This document shows positions 24,074 through 39,000 of a stretch of 64,000 nucleotides of DNA, piece by piece. The stretch comes from Balanoglossus misakiensis. Its lineage: Eukaryota; Animalia; Hemichordata. The notes below the pieces were generated by a model that ran no database searches, was not told where the DNA came from, and saw only the letters and a list, made by a program, of their open reading frames with translations. The stretch covers positions 7,848,043 to 7,912,042 of the forward strand of contig CM082593.2 of NCBI GenBank assembly GCA_040954595.2. Direction: 5' to 3'. A program made the position numbers and the translations under genes. The stretch's first letter is position 1. Each line of letters begins with the position of its first letter.

Positions 24074-27000
24074 AAGACGCGCACTGACCTGGTAATTAAA
24101 AATTTAATAGCTGGTGGTCTCTGTAACACCTATGTAAACATGTCTAAGTTGGGGGTAACAACTCCTTGTAAACAGTAACTTTCAAAACAACTGGAGAATT
24201 GGTTTAGGAGAAGATTTGCTAACCAAAAACAAAGAAACTTACAAAATAAACCCGCTAAATATTGAATATTTCTGATATCAGAATTGAATAAAAGTTGCAC
24301 ATGTATGTGTTATGAAGTTGTATCCTAAATTTCAAAGCAATCAGAGAAAAAACAAATTTCAAAGCAGTTTTCAAGAAAACATTTGTTTAAAAGTGGCAAA
24401 ATAAAAGAAAGGCTAATATCACCAAAATTGTACAATATCTTACTTCAATCACTATAAGGAACATGCCTGGCAAAATTCAATGCAATGTGACACGCAGTTT
24501 CAGAGAAAACAATTTTTGACAAAAATTGCAAAAAATTTCCCCAATAACACATTTATGCAAATATCAGAATTTTTTAGCAACATCTTACTTGGATTACCCC
24601 TAGGAACATGCCTACCAAATTGCAAAGCAATCTGGCATGCGGTTTTAGAGAAAAAAAAATTGACCAAAAATGGCAAATATTGCTCAAAATTATAAATATG
24701 CAAATTTTGCAACAATTTGAACAAACCTATGGTTTTGAAGACAACCTATAGGAAGCTTCGAACTAAATTTCAAAGAAGTAGGCCTATCACTTTCAGAAAT
24801 AATATGGAAAAATACAAAAAAATGCATAAAAAATAGAAAATCGATAATATTAGCTCAAAACATACAGGACTGTTTGAGGTAGACATAAGATATATGCAAG
24901 CCAATTTTCAAATCAATATGACCAGTGGTTGTTGAGTTTCTGAGTTTTGACCAAATTTAGCTTTTCCCCAGCTAATTTGCATATTTTGGGGATAACAACT
25001 TCGTTTGAACAACTCCCATCTACAGCCCAGCCTGCACACCAAATATCGAGGTTATACGCGCAGCGGTTTTCAAGTTTTTGATGTGGACGGACATACCTAC
25101 ATACATCCATCCATACATACAGACACAACTGATTCCATGAGGTCCCATGGTACATACCAATGGGACCTAATAATCAATTATAGTGTTGCATTTCCGATTA
25201 TGAAACTTCATATTAAACAAAGCATAATCTCATCCACTAGAACTCATGGAAGTAAATGTACTCTGCTGAGACATTACATTTTCATTTTTCATTGCTATAT
25301 TGCTCTTTCTTTAAAATTGCAGGGATTTTGAAGTGTACTGATATTCCTTCAATTTTTTGGCCATTTGGTCATAAATAAGTTTTGATCTTGATATTCTATC
25401 ATACAAAATCATTTAATAGACATAATTAAAAGCATATCTGAGATTATTTAAAGCTCATTTTTTTTCCAGTTGCATCTCATGGGGCTTTAATTCACACTGC
25501 CAATGGGATGGAAGCAAAGATCTGTGGTGCCTCAACGCAGTTGGACTTACCTCAGAAGGACCTCCAGACACTGGACATGGTCTCCTTCATGACTGCCTTC
25601 TTTAAAATCAAAGTGATCTAAGTTGGCGCCTTTGGCTTTCCTCACGAGATACTGGTAAGCTCTCTGGAAGGCGGCGCTTCTGAACTCCTGACTGTCCATC
25701 AGTGGGTCATTTTCTAAAGTTTCTGAAAGGATATCACAGTGCATTCTAGTGGCTAAATAATGACCTAAAATATCTTTCATAAAAATCAAATTGAACTTTA
25801 CATTGTAACTTAACAACTCTGTGGGCTAATTGAAGATGTTACCTTAAATTTGATGGTGGTGATCATGTGTCAACTTTGGATAATTGATTTGCAATATTTC
25901 AATTGTAAAAAAATATATACCACATGTACATAACTCAAATTTACTGTCTGATTAAGGCCTGCATTTTGAAAAAAGTTTTTTTTAAATCTAATTTTGCAAA
26001 TTGGAATTCTCCAAGTACATGTACAAGTGCTTACCACCTGGTTTGTTATTTGCCTGAACTTCTAAGTAATACATGTAGGTCTCTCTTGGTGATCTGCATG
26101 TAACCGTTGGTAACACAGTGAAGAAAGGTTTTGAACCAGCAGAAACTCTCTTGATCTGTAAATTTATCAAAACAATTAGAGGAAGGCACAATGTCCAAAT
26201 ATGGAAGATGGGTTATGCAAACTAGAAGTACCTGTCGTGAATAGGTTGTGTATGGCAGTTTTGAGCTTTATTCTGCCCTATTAGACTAAAACAGAACCAT
26301 AGCGTCAAGGACACTTTGGTCCCATTTCGGAATACACAGGAAAAGGTTTACACTGGAATAGATACATGAGGCAGGCAGGCAGACAGATAGACAAATAAAG
26401 ACAGACAAACAGACATGTAGAGACAGACCAATGGCATGTGTACTGTACATATAGACCAAATAGAACAGCTGGTCTCTTTGACAGTTGGCCGAAATTATGT
26501 AAACATGTAGAAATGTTCTGTGTAGACATACTCAGTAGGAGTTTCCTTTCTAACTGCAAAGAACTGCGTATGGTTATTTCTCTTCTTGAGATGAAAGTTT
26601 TTGTGGTATAGGACACAATATTCTAAAATATAACAATTCCAATTTCATTATGATTTGATTCTATAATAATATTACTTCTGAAAAATACAATTTTTTATTA
26701 AAATTGAAAAACATGCCCCCAAAATACAAGATTTTCATGTTCACCGTAGTTTTGATATGTTATACAAAGAAGTCCCCTCAGAACCTGCTAACTAAATTGC
26801 AAAGCGATCAACAATCAGTTTTAGGGAAATAGAACTTTTGAAGAAAAATGGCAAAATTGCCCCAGAATACAATATTGACACTTTTATCATAAGGTTTGCA
26901 AATCATCATGAAAACACACATACATGTAGAAACCTGCAAACCAAATTATATGCAATCAATTTGTGAGACAGCAAATAAAGGAAATAGTTTTGCTCCTTGG

Positions 27001-30000
27001 TAGAGTGAAAATAAAAAGCCATTTTTAAGCTGCACACAAGTGTCCAGATAATGGATATCCAGGGGCCCATGCTAAATAGTAATTGGATCATACAGATTTT
27101 ATTCAGGCTATAAACACTAACACAAGTTATTTTTTTAAATTTCACAGCACTAAAATTTCAGGGTTTTGGGCTATAAATATATCCATTTTCAGGTTTTATG
27201 TAAAGAAACCACATCAAAGTAAAGTTCAGATACGTAGCTTTACAAAAAATGTATGGTTCGTGGGAAGGGTACTTCCAAATTGTATTTGATGTGAAGTACT
27301 GTTTTGAACAACAACATGCATGTTAAACACGCAGTGCCGCTTATACATCACTACATGGAAATTATATTTATGCAACTGAATAAATACACATTGAGCTGAT
27401 GAATATATATTTTCTGATTAATACCTTTGCATTTGTTCTTTCTGTAGCTGACTGCGAGTCAGTCTTCTCCACTTCGGGGGATGATGTAATCTCTATGACA
27501 TACAAATCCCATGCATTACGTCTCCAGATATGTCCATGTATATTACTTATGCCTCCAAGAACAAGCATGTTGAATAGAAAGTCATCAACACCTCTTTGAA
27601 CCTACGGATTGGATGCAAATAGTGAATATTTTGTTCCTCTGAGAGCTAGATCAACAATTTGAAAATAAAAGATATGCAGGTGGACATGCATTCACTGAAT
27701 TTGTGTTGTTCTCCATCCAGATATGACGTACAATGGAAAAAGGATGCACAATTAAAAATTGAGGTAGACTATATACGAGTGTATGTACATGTACGTTTAC
27801 CTGCCCACTCTCTGGTATGTAACCATGTCCACTTAAAGGGCACATGTAGAGTTTAGCAATCCGGTAATAATAATTAAGTAGAAGTTGCTTAGTGTTGTTA
27901 CTAAACACACGTCTCTGTTCCATTCTCTATTACAAACGGTCCCCGTGTGCATTTCAAGCACACAATGAGAAAAATATATTAATGACTGACAAATGACTAT
28001 AAAGTTATTTTCAATCAACTTACTGCAGGAGTAATGTCAAAATGGAATATCCTGGGTACAGGGTTGGTCGTCTCAGTGAAGAACTGTGTTAGTGTTGACA
28101 CAATGGCATTCTGATCAACTTTTTTCTCGGCCAATGGTACAGTCACACACACACCATTTCTCCGTCCTGTCTTACGTTGTAATTGTTCTGAAAGTCTTGT
28201 GACTACCAGGGATTTGCCAACACCGGCTCTTGTAGAAGTTACAACTTGCACACAACATCTGTGAGGAAATAAGTCATCAGCATGGCAAGCAATTCAAATG
28301 CTCTCCTCAGGAATAAGAAAGATGAACAGTCATGATTCATATAACATAAAAAGTACATGTACATATACTAGTGTGGCGGCCTATGGCAGGGCAGTAGCTG
28401 CCATATCCATACTCGGACAGGGAGTGTGCACACAATCGTGCGTATTTTCAACTACATTTGTAGTTACAAACCCCTAGTCGGGCGATCATATAGGCTTTAT
28501 TCAAAACTGGGTGTACTGTCCTATAAAGGCCCATAGCAACAGGCAAAAATATACAGGTGACCCATCTTAAGTCTTACAAAGGTCTAGTAAACATGTTAAA
28601 GTCCCAATAGCTGCCACTAACAGCATATTTTAATTGATAAAAATCTTTAATCTTATCATTAAAGAGACAAAGTCTCTCTCTCGCTGCCCTTTTTTTCATT
28701 ATGTTTGATACAAGACACCATTTATGTTCTTCTACATGTGGATATACCGGTATAGTGAATCAACGTTCAACCACACACAATTTCCATCCCGTTTGTAGGA
28801 TATGAGAGTAAAAATCCCGCCAAAATGAATAAATGGTAAACACCAATTATTAATTTTGGCGAGTTTTTCACACTCGTGTCTTCAAAAGGGATGGAAATTG
28901 TGTGAGGTCAAATGTTAATTCACTATATATCCACATGTAGAATAACATAATTGGTGTCTTGTATCAAACATAATTAATGAAAAAGGGGCAGCGAGAGAGA
29001 GACTTTGTTCCTTTAATCTGATAGTTAAAAAATGTGTGGCAACAGCATAAGAATACCATACTGCGTAAGTAAAAGATGGTGCCATACCCAACATCTGATC
29101 TTAATTAGATTGGTCAATCAGTAAGCTTATTCAAATTGGCCATTCTAAGTTTGGAAGTAAAATCCTGAAAACAATGCAAACAATATGGCAGCTATTGGAA
29201 CTTTTCTCATGTTGTCTTACTTGTCATGGGTCAGACTGGCAGCAGTCTGCACTGACTTCACATCAGCTGCCTGCTGGATGAATCGCTCTTTCAAGTAAGC
29301 CTGCATTTCTTCAATTGATGGCAGATTGGGTGAATCTATTCTGTAGGAATCTAGAGCTGTCACCATGTAAGAATGGTCTTCCCTCTCATGACTGCACAGT
29401 ATAACCAACTTGTACTCTGTAAATGATGGGGAAAAACATAATGATGACTACATGCAATCCCTAGCTCCCCCGTCTCCCTTCTCTCTATCTCCCTCACAGC
29501 CCATTTTATTCTGTCTCTTCCTCCTCTCTATAATGCCTCCAGCTTCTAGCTCCCTCTCTCTCCCCTCCATTTCTCCCCCTTCTCTCCCTCCTTAACTCCC
29601 TCTCTCCATGTCTCCTGCCCTTTCTCTCTCTCTCTCTCTCCCATCTCTCCCTTTCTCTCTCCCTCTACCATCTCTAACTCTTTCCCCCTGTCACCCCTCT
29701 TACCTCTCATATTCTCTTTCCTCCTTCCTGTCTCTCCCTATCCCTCTCTTCTCGCTATCTTTCTCTCTCTACCACTCTCTTCGTCTCTCCCTACCCACTC
29801 GTTTCCCATCTCTCACCCTTTCACTCGTTTTCCTGTACCCCTCTCTCCTTTTGCTCTCCCTCTTTCGCACTTTCTTTCTCCTTCTAACTCTACCCTAGCT
29901 CTCTTCCCCCTCTCTCCTCCTCCCTCTATCCCTATCCGTTTAATAGTCTGGCCTACCGCTCACCTGCTCCTGCCCTCCCTCCCTCCCTCCCTACATCACC

Positions 30001-33000
30001 TCACTCTCTCCCCCCCCCAACTCTTTCTCTAACCTCCCTACCTCACTTCCCTCTATTCTCTTTTCCTCCTCTCTCAATACCTTCCTCCCCATCTCTTTGC
30101 CTATTCCATCATTCTCTCTCCTCTCTCCACCTCCCTCCCTTCTCTCTCTCCCTCTGTCTTCTCCCCAATTTAGTCTCTCCACCATCCTCTCTCTTCCCTC
30201 CCTCTCCTTTCTCTTTCATATTATGAATTTGGATAGTACATGTACCTTTCGTGGTTCTTTGTGTTTTTGCAAGACTGATTCTCTTTTCCTCAGCTTTTGT
30301 ACTGACTTCATAGTCCAGCCGATCAGCATTCACTAAGCAGTAGATTCTACCACTGGTATCATACATCGCACGTCGCCACAACAGTACAATCTAGTATTAA
30401 AAATTGTAAAAAAATATACAATTATTTTTACAACTGCAGGAGTATATGCAATACCAGTTTGATGTTTGTGTAAATACCATTGTGTGACTTGATCGTGATG
30501 TACAAATTAGTAAACCAAAATTACTAATTAAAAACTTATCGCATATGTACTGCAGATTATTCTGTGGTTCAATAGAATGAAGAAAAATAGTCCCTTTCAA
30601 AATTGAATTTTTCAGAGCATAATAAACCATTGACAAGCAAGTTGCATTTTACACTTTCTCAGTTTTTCTCTTGATATTATCAAACATTTTCAACAAATCT
30701 CATGTACATTGTATAACAAGTCAAAACTTTCAAAGGTCATTGAGTTCTGTCATATTATTTATTTATTGACTGACTGCCTGACTACTTATTATTTACTTAC
30801 TAATTACTGAATAATTCACATTACTTACTTATTTCTTGTTATTTAGTTTCTTACCTACTTTACTTACTTTACTTACTTATTTACTTATATATACTTAAAA
30901 ATAGTAAACACATTATTTACTTCTTCTAAGGTGGTGTTTGGAGTGCATATCAGTACTTCATCATATGATGGCAGCTGAACCTGTGGCCCATACATGTAGA
31001 TGGATAAGGCATTGCCAAGAATCTCACCTGTAGTTTGAGAAGGAAATGTACGATATTTATAGCAAATTTCATCAGATTTGGTGCAGTAATATCAGAAATA
31101 TAGCATTACCGGTAATTAGAAAAGTCCATTATTTAAATATGCAAAATTGCTGCAAAATTACATACAAATTTTGCAACAATTTGAACAAAAATAACTTAAA
31201 TGACCTCCAGGAAGCTTCATGCTAAATTTTAGAGAAATTGGCCAATCAGTTTCAACGACTTTTTTAAACCAAAATGTGAAAAATGCATAAAAAATGAAAA
31301 TGTACAATATTTACAGCTCAAACCATGTAGGACTGTATGAGGTTGACATAATGTACATGAATACCAATTTTCAAAGCATATCAAACACTAGTTGTTGAGT
31401 TTTGACAAATTTCATATTTTCCCAGCTCATTTGCATATTTTTGTCAATTTCTGAGTTTTGACCAATTTCATATTTTCCCAGCTCATTTGCATATTTTTGG
31501 CAATGACAACTTCTTTTGAACTAAATCCCAAATTTCTGATGTGTACATATATACTATGTATTGATCACTAAGATTAATAATAACACTCAGACTGTAAATG
31601 AAAAGCTTGAAGATAGCATAGCTTACATAATTGCCTGACAATGAGATTTGGTTTTCCTGGACTTAAGTACGATGGAAATGGTCGGCCCAAGTACTGTTGA
31701 TCTAAAAACAACCAAAACTGTTATTTTAGGAAATAAAATAGCATTTCACAAACAAGCTGTGGCAAACAGTAGATGCTTTTCTCCTGTTCCATAATTGAAA
31801 TTTATCCCTAAACTTATTTATGTTACAAACTCGCCCATCAAAATTTCTGGAATTAACACCTTGGGCTCCATTTATGCAAGATAAAACTTGAACTTTCTTG
31901 CTCTGACACAGGTCACAGGGCTCCCTAGCTCTTAATACCTTCAAGTTGGAGAGACTGCCAAAGATATCTCCGTGTTTAGCTCTGAGCAAGAATTGTACAT
32001 ACTCACATATTGGTAGAGAATATCATTACTTACTTTTGGTTGCTAAATGCTGTAGAGTGTAGCCAAGATGCTCCAGGCTTAGATAATCTTTTACCCTTTT
32101 TGCAGTCAGGGAACTTCGGTACTCCTGCCAAAGTTCTTGAAGTTTTTCAATCAAATTCCTTAAGAAACAATTATAAACACACTTCAGAACATGTCTTTAC
32201 ATGCTTCAAAAATTTACGACTTCAAAAGCCTTTAACCTTTTCTCATATTTTGCTCTAGGCAACTTGAGATTATTCTCTCTTAAAATTGAGAACAAAAATT
32301 TGGAGTATTTGCAAATCTTTGAATGGGAGAGCAAAATTTTCAAAAACGGGCACGTATTTCTATGTTAACTCACATTCTCTCCACAGAGAGACCGTAGTTT
32401 AGTTATTTAGCCACTTTTATGAAAAAAAAGATGGTACAACCTTAATCATATTATTATTCATCTTGTTAAAGCTTGCATAATTATGCAGTCATATTTAGGG
32501 GGTAATAATACTTGCATATAATTCAGTACGTAAATCTGCATAGGTTGGTGTTTTCCCAAAAGTTACAGGTTATTGGGCTTTAAGTTTACATAATAGCTAA
32601 TGGACCACTGAAATCTGTCCATGAATCATGACAGTCACTCACCCATTTGATAACCTCAGTCCAGACACATCACTTGATTGGACAGCAGCAGTCAATGGGC
32701 TATCAGTCACACTGATCATGACACGCGTGGATCTCACAGTGGACGCAGGCACAGATGACGCAGCCTCTTGTGTTTCATTTTCTAGGATATTTTCCATGTC
32801 TTCATTGAATTCCATGCATAAGAGCTTGACAAGTTCTTCATCATCCATGTTCTGGTAACACCAGGCCATGGCCTTGTCAAAATCTGCCTCATAGTTCAAG
32901 TGTTTCAATGAGGCTTTTGCCAGATCTTCACCCATTCCATCTGCTTTCATGCGGGAGATAAATTGCTCAATGGAGGCAATGCTACATTTAGACTTCTGCG

Positions 33001-36000
33001 TCTGTTCTGGTTCTCTTGCTTCATCCTTGAATGGCGTTTCTAATGCACCATTTGTACCAAGATGTCCTTCTTGCAAGGGTTCATCAGGTTCTATCATTTC
33101 AAGACCAGCAGCATTGGTCGCGTCCCCCCTTGGCACCAATATTTCTCCTCTGCCAACTCCCATGAATGCTGCGTTGAGGGCTTCTTTCACATCCCCTTCC
33201 TTGCAATTGGGCTTCAAGGAGTCAAGCAGCGAGTATACACCTGGTGACACCTGGCGAGGATTGGTCTTCATCTTGGCCAGCTCTTGTCTGAGAATCACTA
33301 GCTGCTCTGTGGTGTAGTAATTCAGGTGGTAGAAGTATGAACGCCTTTCCTCTACATACTCTAACCATTCCTGTAGACAGTCTTCCATGAAGTTGCACAA
33401 CTTCTGAAGCTGGATATAGACTGGGTCAAATCCTGACAGGGTACTGTCACCAATACCAATACCAAAGTCAACAATAACGGATACTTTCCTATCTCTCTTG
33501 CAGTAGATAATTGTTTTCCATTTGGAAAACAGGATATTCCCTTCCGCACACAGTTTGATGTATACTTTAGCTAGCCTGGTCACACCTGACAGGATCTGAT
33601 ATTTAAAAGAAAAATCATACTTATACCTACAAGCAATAGCATGAATTTCTAATTTTACATATTGATATTCAGTGCATGTCCTTGAACTTCCATGATGGCA
33701 AAATCATTTTTCCAACGTCAAAAGCAATTTTACTAGGCATCCAAAGACACAAATTATTTACATAAAAAACCTAATATCACGAAGTCTAGCACTGAAATGG
33801 AAATGATGTTACAATACATCCATTGTGGCTCTCGCGGACATGCCATGTTTAAATGTCACTCCTGAAAACCATTCTCTGTTTACTTTTTGACAACTGAACT
33901 GTATATTGAACTGAAGTGTACGTCCAAGAAATACTATTTTAGCTACTGTTTGAGTTGCATACAAATATGACTATATCATTTGAAAACAAAGTTACAAGTA
34001 ATAATTGAAGTTTATATTCATAAACTAATTTCTACATGATAGTAACCGCTGCCAAACTTGGAATATTATAAAATATCTCATCTAACACTGCCCTCATAAG
34101 GGGGCTGTCCGTCTGTAACATTATTGTCTATAATGCTTAAGTCTAATTTCCAAGTAGATGGGACTATGATAATCAAAAATAGAAAAGTAACTTCAGGGAT
34201 ATAATCAGCCAAAGGCATTACTTGAGTATGGAAGGAAGGTGGGAGCACCAGAGTGTATTATTATCATGAAGAAATTAGTATATGAATATAATTTATAAAC
34301 TTCAGTCCTGACTTTGATAATAACCATGTTTACTTATAGGATAAATAACAACATTCAACACAAACATGACTGTGGGGAAAAATATGTGAAGGAATAACAG
34401 TCTTGCTATATGTTGATAAGGCCTAGTGCATGGAACCCATACAGCTCCGAAGCCATATCCTGAATGTAAGTAAAACATTTAATAATAGAATTAGTCAAAT
34501 GCCAAATTACTGCTTGAAGGCAGGAGTTTTGGCAGGAACCCCGGCTGATCCCCCATGCAGCAACAACACAACCACCCAACATTGAGGTGTTCACTGGCAG
34601 TATAGTCATGTGATTATTTTCAAAACGAAACCTTACTAGGACATTACTATCAAGCATGCTGGTTGATCAATAAAGTTTTTTTACCTGACTTCAGTGGCAT
34701 TGATAGACATTCTCCCGAAAGTGGTTTACTAATTTTTGTCTATTGTCAAACAGTCACCGTTCAATGCTGTTAATTTTCTTAAAACATTGTTCAGCTCCCC
34801 CACAAGCAAAACATCATTGTTTTAATCTTTACCAGTGTTTTAGCAGCCATGATGGTCTCAGCAATGTAACAGTCCGCCATTTTGGTCAGGATCCTGACCA
34901 AATGGCGGCCAATACCTGACCCTCTCCTTTGAGCAGTGTAGCCAGTGGCAGGGATGGAGCGCAGGGGATCAGACTACAGCCACTGCCAGCAAGGGGTAAA
35001 GAGCCTGTTCTGGCAAGCACAGTTTGGAAATTAAAGCTGAAGCATAGACACGTCCATGCTGTCACAGGCCTTATTAGGGCAGTAGAGGAAAAGATCTTCT
35101 AGTATTCCATAAGTTTAGTAGGGGAACTAAAATATAATCATATAAACAAGGGATATGTAATTATCAAGGGCAGAACAGAGATTTTCTGTACAAATTACAT
35201 GATTTACATGTATATATATGTCTCACAATTTTCATCTTTGAGCTTATATTGGAGTTTGGTACTGAAAAGTTAACATACTCTACTCACCTCAGTAAATCGT
35301 TCAACTTTCTCTTGACCTTGTTCAGCCTTTCCCGCAACCAACATGAGTTTACTTTCTAAATCCTTCAACATATCAAGGGTGAAATTCTCCTCTTCTGCTT
35401 TTTCCCTACCCCTCTCCACAGTCAACTTGATGACACTTTCAATAGTGTCCTGACAAGACAAGATCACATTATCACATGGACTACAGTATTCCAAAAAGTC
35501 TATACCTGGTTAAACCATTGAGCAACGTTCATTTTGACACTCTTTGTGGTCTGTTTGATTCTCAAATGCACAATGGGGTCGGTACTTGTTTTATTACAAA
35601 TTGTTCGTACTAAACAAAAATAGCGTCACATGCACTGGTGCTCTCTCAGTGTGTGGCTGATGTGATGTCTGGAAGTATGTTACTGCACATTATCAATAGA
35701 GACGACACTGTAATGAAATTGTTGATCATACATGTATGCATCAGTAGCTGGTTTTTGAGAAATTGATGCATATTATGGTCTCTGTCAGCAGTTATATCAT
35801 CTTTCCATTTTTCTACAAAGCCTTATTTGTCAAAATGTGGGTCAGTATTAGACGTACCAATTTATGTAAAAAAGCAATTGTTCGCTCAAATCACAACTTT
35901 TCATGCAATACCCCCATAACCCTTTGTTTTACCTGTGAATTGCTGTTTCCTATATTTCCGACGGTGTACACACCACAGAAGTTGATTGCTTCAGCTTGAC

Positions 36001-39000
36001 TCAGTGATGAGGTTTCCACTGAACCATGTGACTCTTTCACACCCTTTAGCCACTCAAAATGATTACCAATGTCTCTCTGGAAAATGAAATAATTTTATCA
36101 TTCAGTAGGTGGTCTTATTCAGTATTTCCTTTGGCGACGGCCCAATATACAAACATTTATTATTACAAGTGACCTAGTGGCCAGTAGAGCTCCGCTGTAA
36201 TGGGTTGCAGAAACGATTAGGTGACCAGTTAGCAGGATTGATATGCAGGTTATGATGAGAAGCTGAATTTGGGGCTCCCAAGCAATTTCACGCACATTAC
36301 ATATTAGTCTTTCAAAATATACACATAACAAAGCTGTGCGCTCACTGTTTAGTCTGCCTGCTTACTTCAATTTCAAACTACGTCGCCCGAGTACGATCGT
36401 TGGCAACAGTACGCCATGATGCCAGCTGACATACGGAGTGGAAAAACACCAAAAAATCGCGACTCGGAACAAAATCGATAGTACTTTCCTCACAGAACGA
36501 TGCTAACATACATGAACTTATTAAAATTCGATTGGTTTTTCGTTCGAATGGAGTTTCCTTTACATAACCTACGAGAACATAAGTCGATTGCGCACAGAAA
36601 GCTACACGCGTGGCACTGCTGGGTCGACCATGTTTTGCTGACTAAGAGCGGGTTAAACCAGAAGTGACGTCGTGACCCACACCACCTTGGTAGATCATTT
36701 GCTCATTCATGTGAGGCAGACTAATACGGAAGTATCTCCTCGGTGTTCTTAGCTAATTGTACTTTAGTTCGGGTTGAATTTAGAGGTAAACATATGACAA
36801 TGCATGTTTTTTAATCACAGATCAGTCGTAACTCTGCGTGTTAGGGCCGTGTTTTTTATCTGAGCCTCCAGAACCAGTCACAACAGGGTCCACAGCCGCT
36901 GTTGTATACGATCGATCGACAAGTGCGCGCGGTTACAAATTAGACATTTTTGTCTAGGCTAGCTCCTACTCAGCGTTTTTTTTCTCTCCATTCGTTTTTC
37001 TTCATTGGAGAGTTAATTAGTTTCGATAGATAATTCTCTTGGTGTCATATCTATGGTGTTCCATGCAAACCATTTAGGATAAAAATTACATGTTCTAAAA
37101 ATGCAGTATGTATGTATACAGTGGTTATTTGAGGAACCTATTCAAATCTGGTTCAGTCATTTCTCTCAAATCACGGCAAGACCACGCCAAATAGAAAAAC
37201 CAAAAATCAAAAAAAGTTTTCAGAAAATGGGTAAGTGCGAGGACAACAGTCCTTGAAATTCACCCTATCTGTTTTCATTCACACTTTGTGCCGGGCACTT
37301 CGTGTTGACATGAATTTGGCGGAAGTGTAAACCATTTGTTTGTAGGGTAGGCAAAATTAAGCGGGTTAATATGCGTACAGAGGTTGTCAGCATTCGCAAA
37401 TCATTGCGAAAATAATTAGTTTGCACATAAAGTTTACAAAAATATCAATTTAAGATAGAAACTGTTCACGCAATGTAAAAAAAATAATTGATCTTGACGC
37501 GTGAAAATTTGCCCTTACCACGGTCACTCCACATAGTGCCCCTACCCATGTAAAAAATGGTTTGTCGGACGATGACGAACATGCCAATAACTCGATAACA
37601 GCCAATCAAATCACAGGTACCAGACACACCCTAATCGAGGGGTTATAGTGCAGACTGAATGAGTAGTGCTGATTGTCATGAAAAAGTAACAAACAAGCTT
37701 TGATAAAAAAAACATGAAACAGTTGTAGCTGCTATTGTGTTGAAACCAAGACATGAATTATAACATTCATTTCTCTGAGTGGTTTCTGGGGGAAAAGACA
37801 GCAATACAATCTTTTCCATGAGAAAATTTAAATTTTTTAGGCCAATTAATTATGCTGTAAACCAAAATGATACAATTTCAATAGTTGTCATAACAACACA
37901 GTTCACTTCTGGGCGTGCTCTGAGTTTTAGTCCCAGCCACATAGGCAAATTTACCGGGGCATGCAGGCTGCGCCTGGCGATGGTAAAGTGTTTGCGTCAT
38001 TTATTATTTTTTTGCGGGAATCCCGCAAGGGTGCTGCCTTGGCAGAGAACACTGTACATACATACATACATACATACATACATACATACATACATACATA
38101 CATACATACATACATACAGACATACAGACATACACACACACACACACACACATACATACATACATAAAGTTGCAAACATAACTATATTGAAAAAGAATAA
38201 CAAAATTAAAACCCAGTGAAATGTTAAGTTAAGATACATACTTCCATGTCTCTTTAGTGAATCTTTGTTTTTTGTTAAAATTCAATTTCTGTTTTCATTT
38301 CTCCAAATTGAAGTTCCCGCAGCACAGTGTGTTTCCGTATACCGGTATATAGAGAACAATTAGGCATATGTGGGCACAGAGTCCAACTCACCAATTTATC
38401 TGGTAAAGTCGCATCATTTCTTAGAGCATTCCACAGTGACTCACAGGTTTTCATCAATTCTGTAAAGCCAGCTTCTTCTTTCAGGTCAAAAATAATGGAT
38501 GAATATCCGGTGGTGGCTTGGTGAAGACATTTCACACGATCCACTTCCAGGTCTGTCTCGCCAGCTGATATCATGGCCAGGTCTACAAACACTTTCAGCT
38601 GCTGCACATCTGGAATGTAATTGCAGAGTAAGTGAGATTTCCAATACCAGTATATGAACAATTTTGGATGATAGAATCAAAATCATGACTTCATTTTCAC
38701 AAGAAAAAAATTCAGGATTCTCCAAGCCTTAGAATGTTACAAGCAGTGCTAGAAAAACTGTTTTTAACCAAAAAATGTCTGTAAAAACACATGTGAGTAT
38801 GACAAGCAACTTCAACAGACAGAGACACTCAATGACCTATCACAAGTTCATAACAAACACTCAGTTTTGGTACAATTTGCTCCATATAGCACTCGCCTAA
38901 CGGCTCGTGCTATATGTCTCGAATTGTACCCAAATCTCGTGTATACCTACCTGCGGCGGGGGTTATAGCTTAAATATGCTAATATCACTAAAATTGTACA

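Noticed and set aside
36120-37600. CpG-richer intronic stretch, possible internal promoter or transposon
   Set aside because: I could not find matching termini, a TSD or coding similarity; probably a repeat, but unsupported.
37779-38239. ORFs with HTYI/CMYV repeats (also 43413-43821, 57525-57975, 29608-29898)
   Set aside because: Translations of microsatellites or the CT tract.
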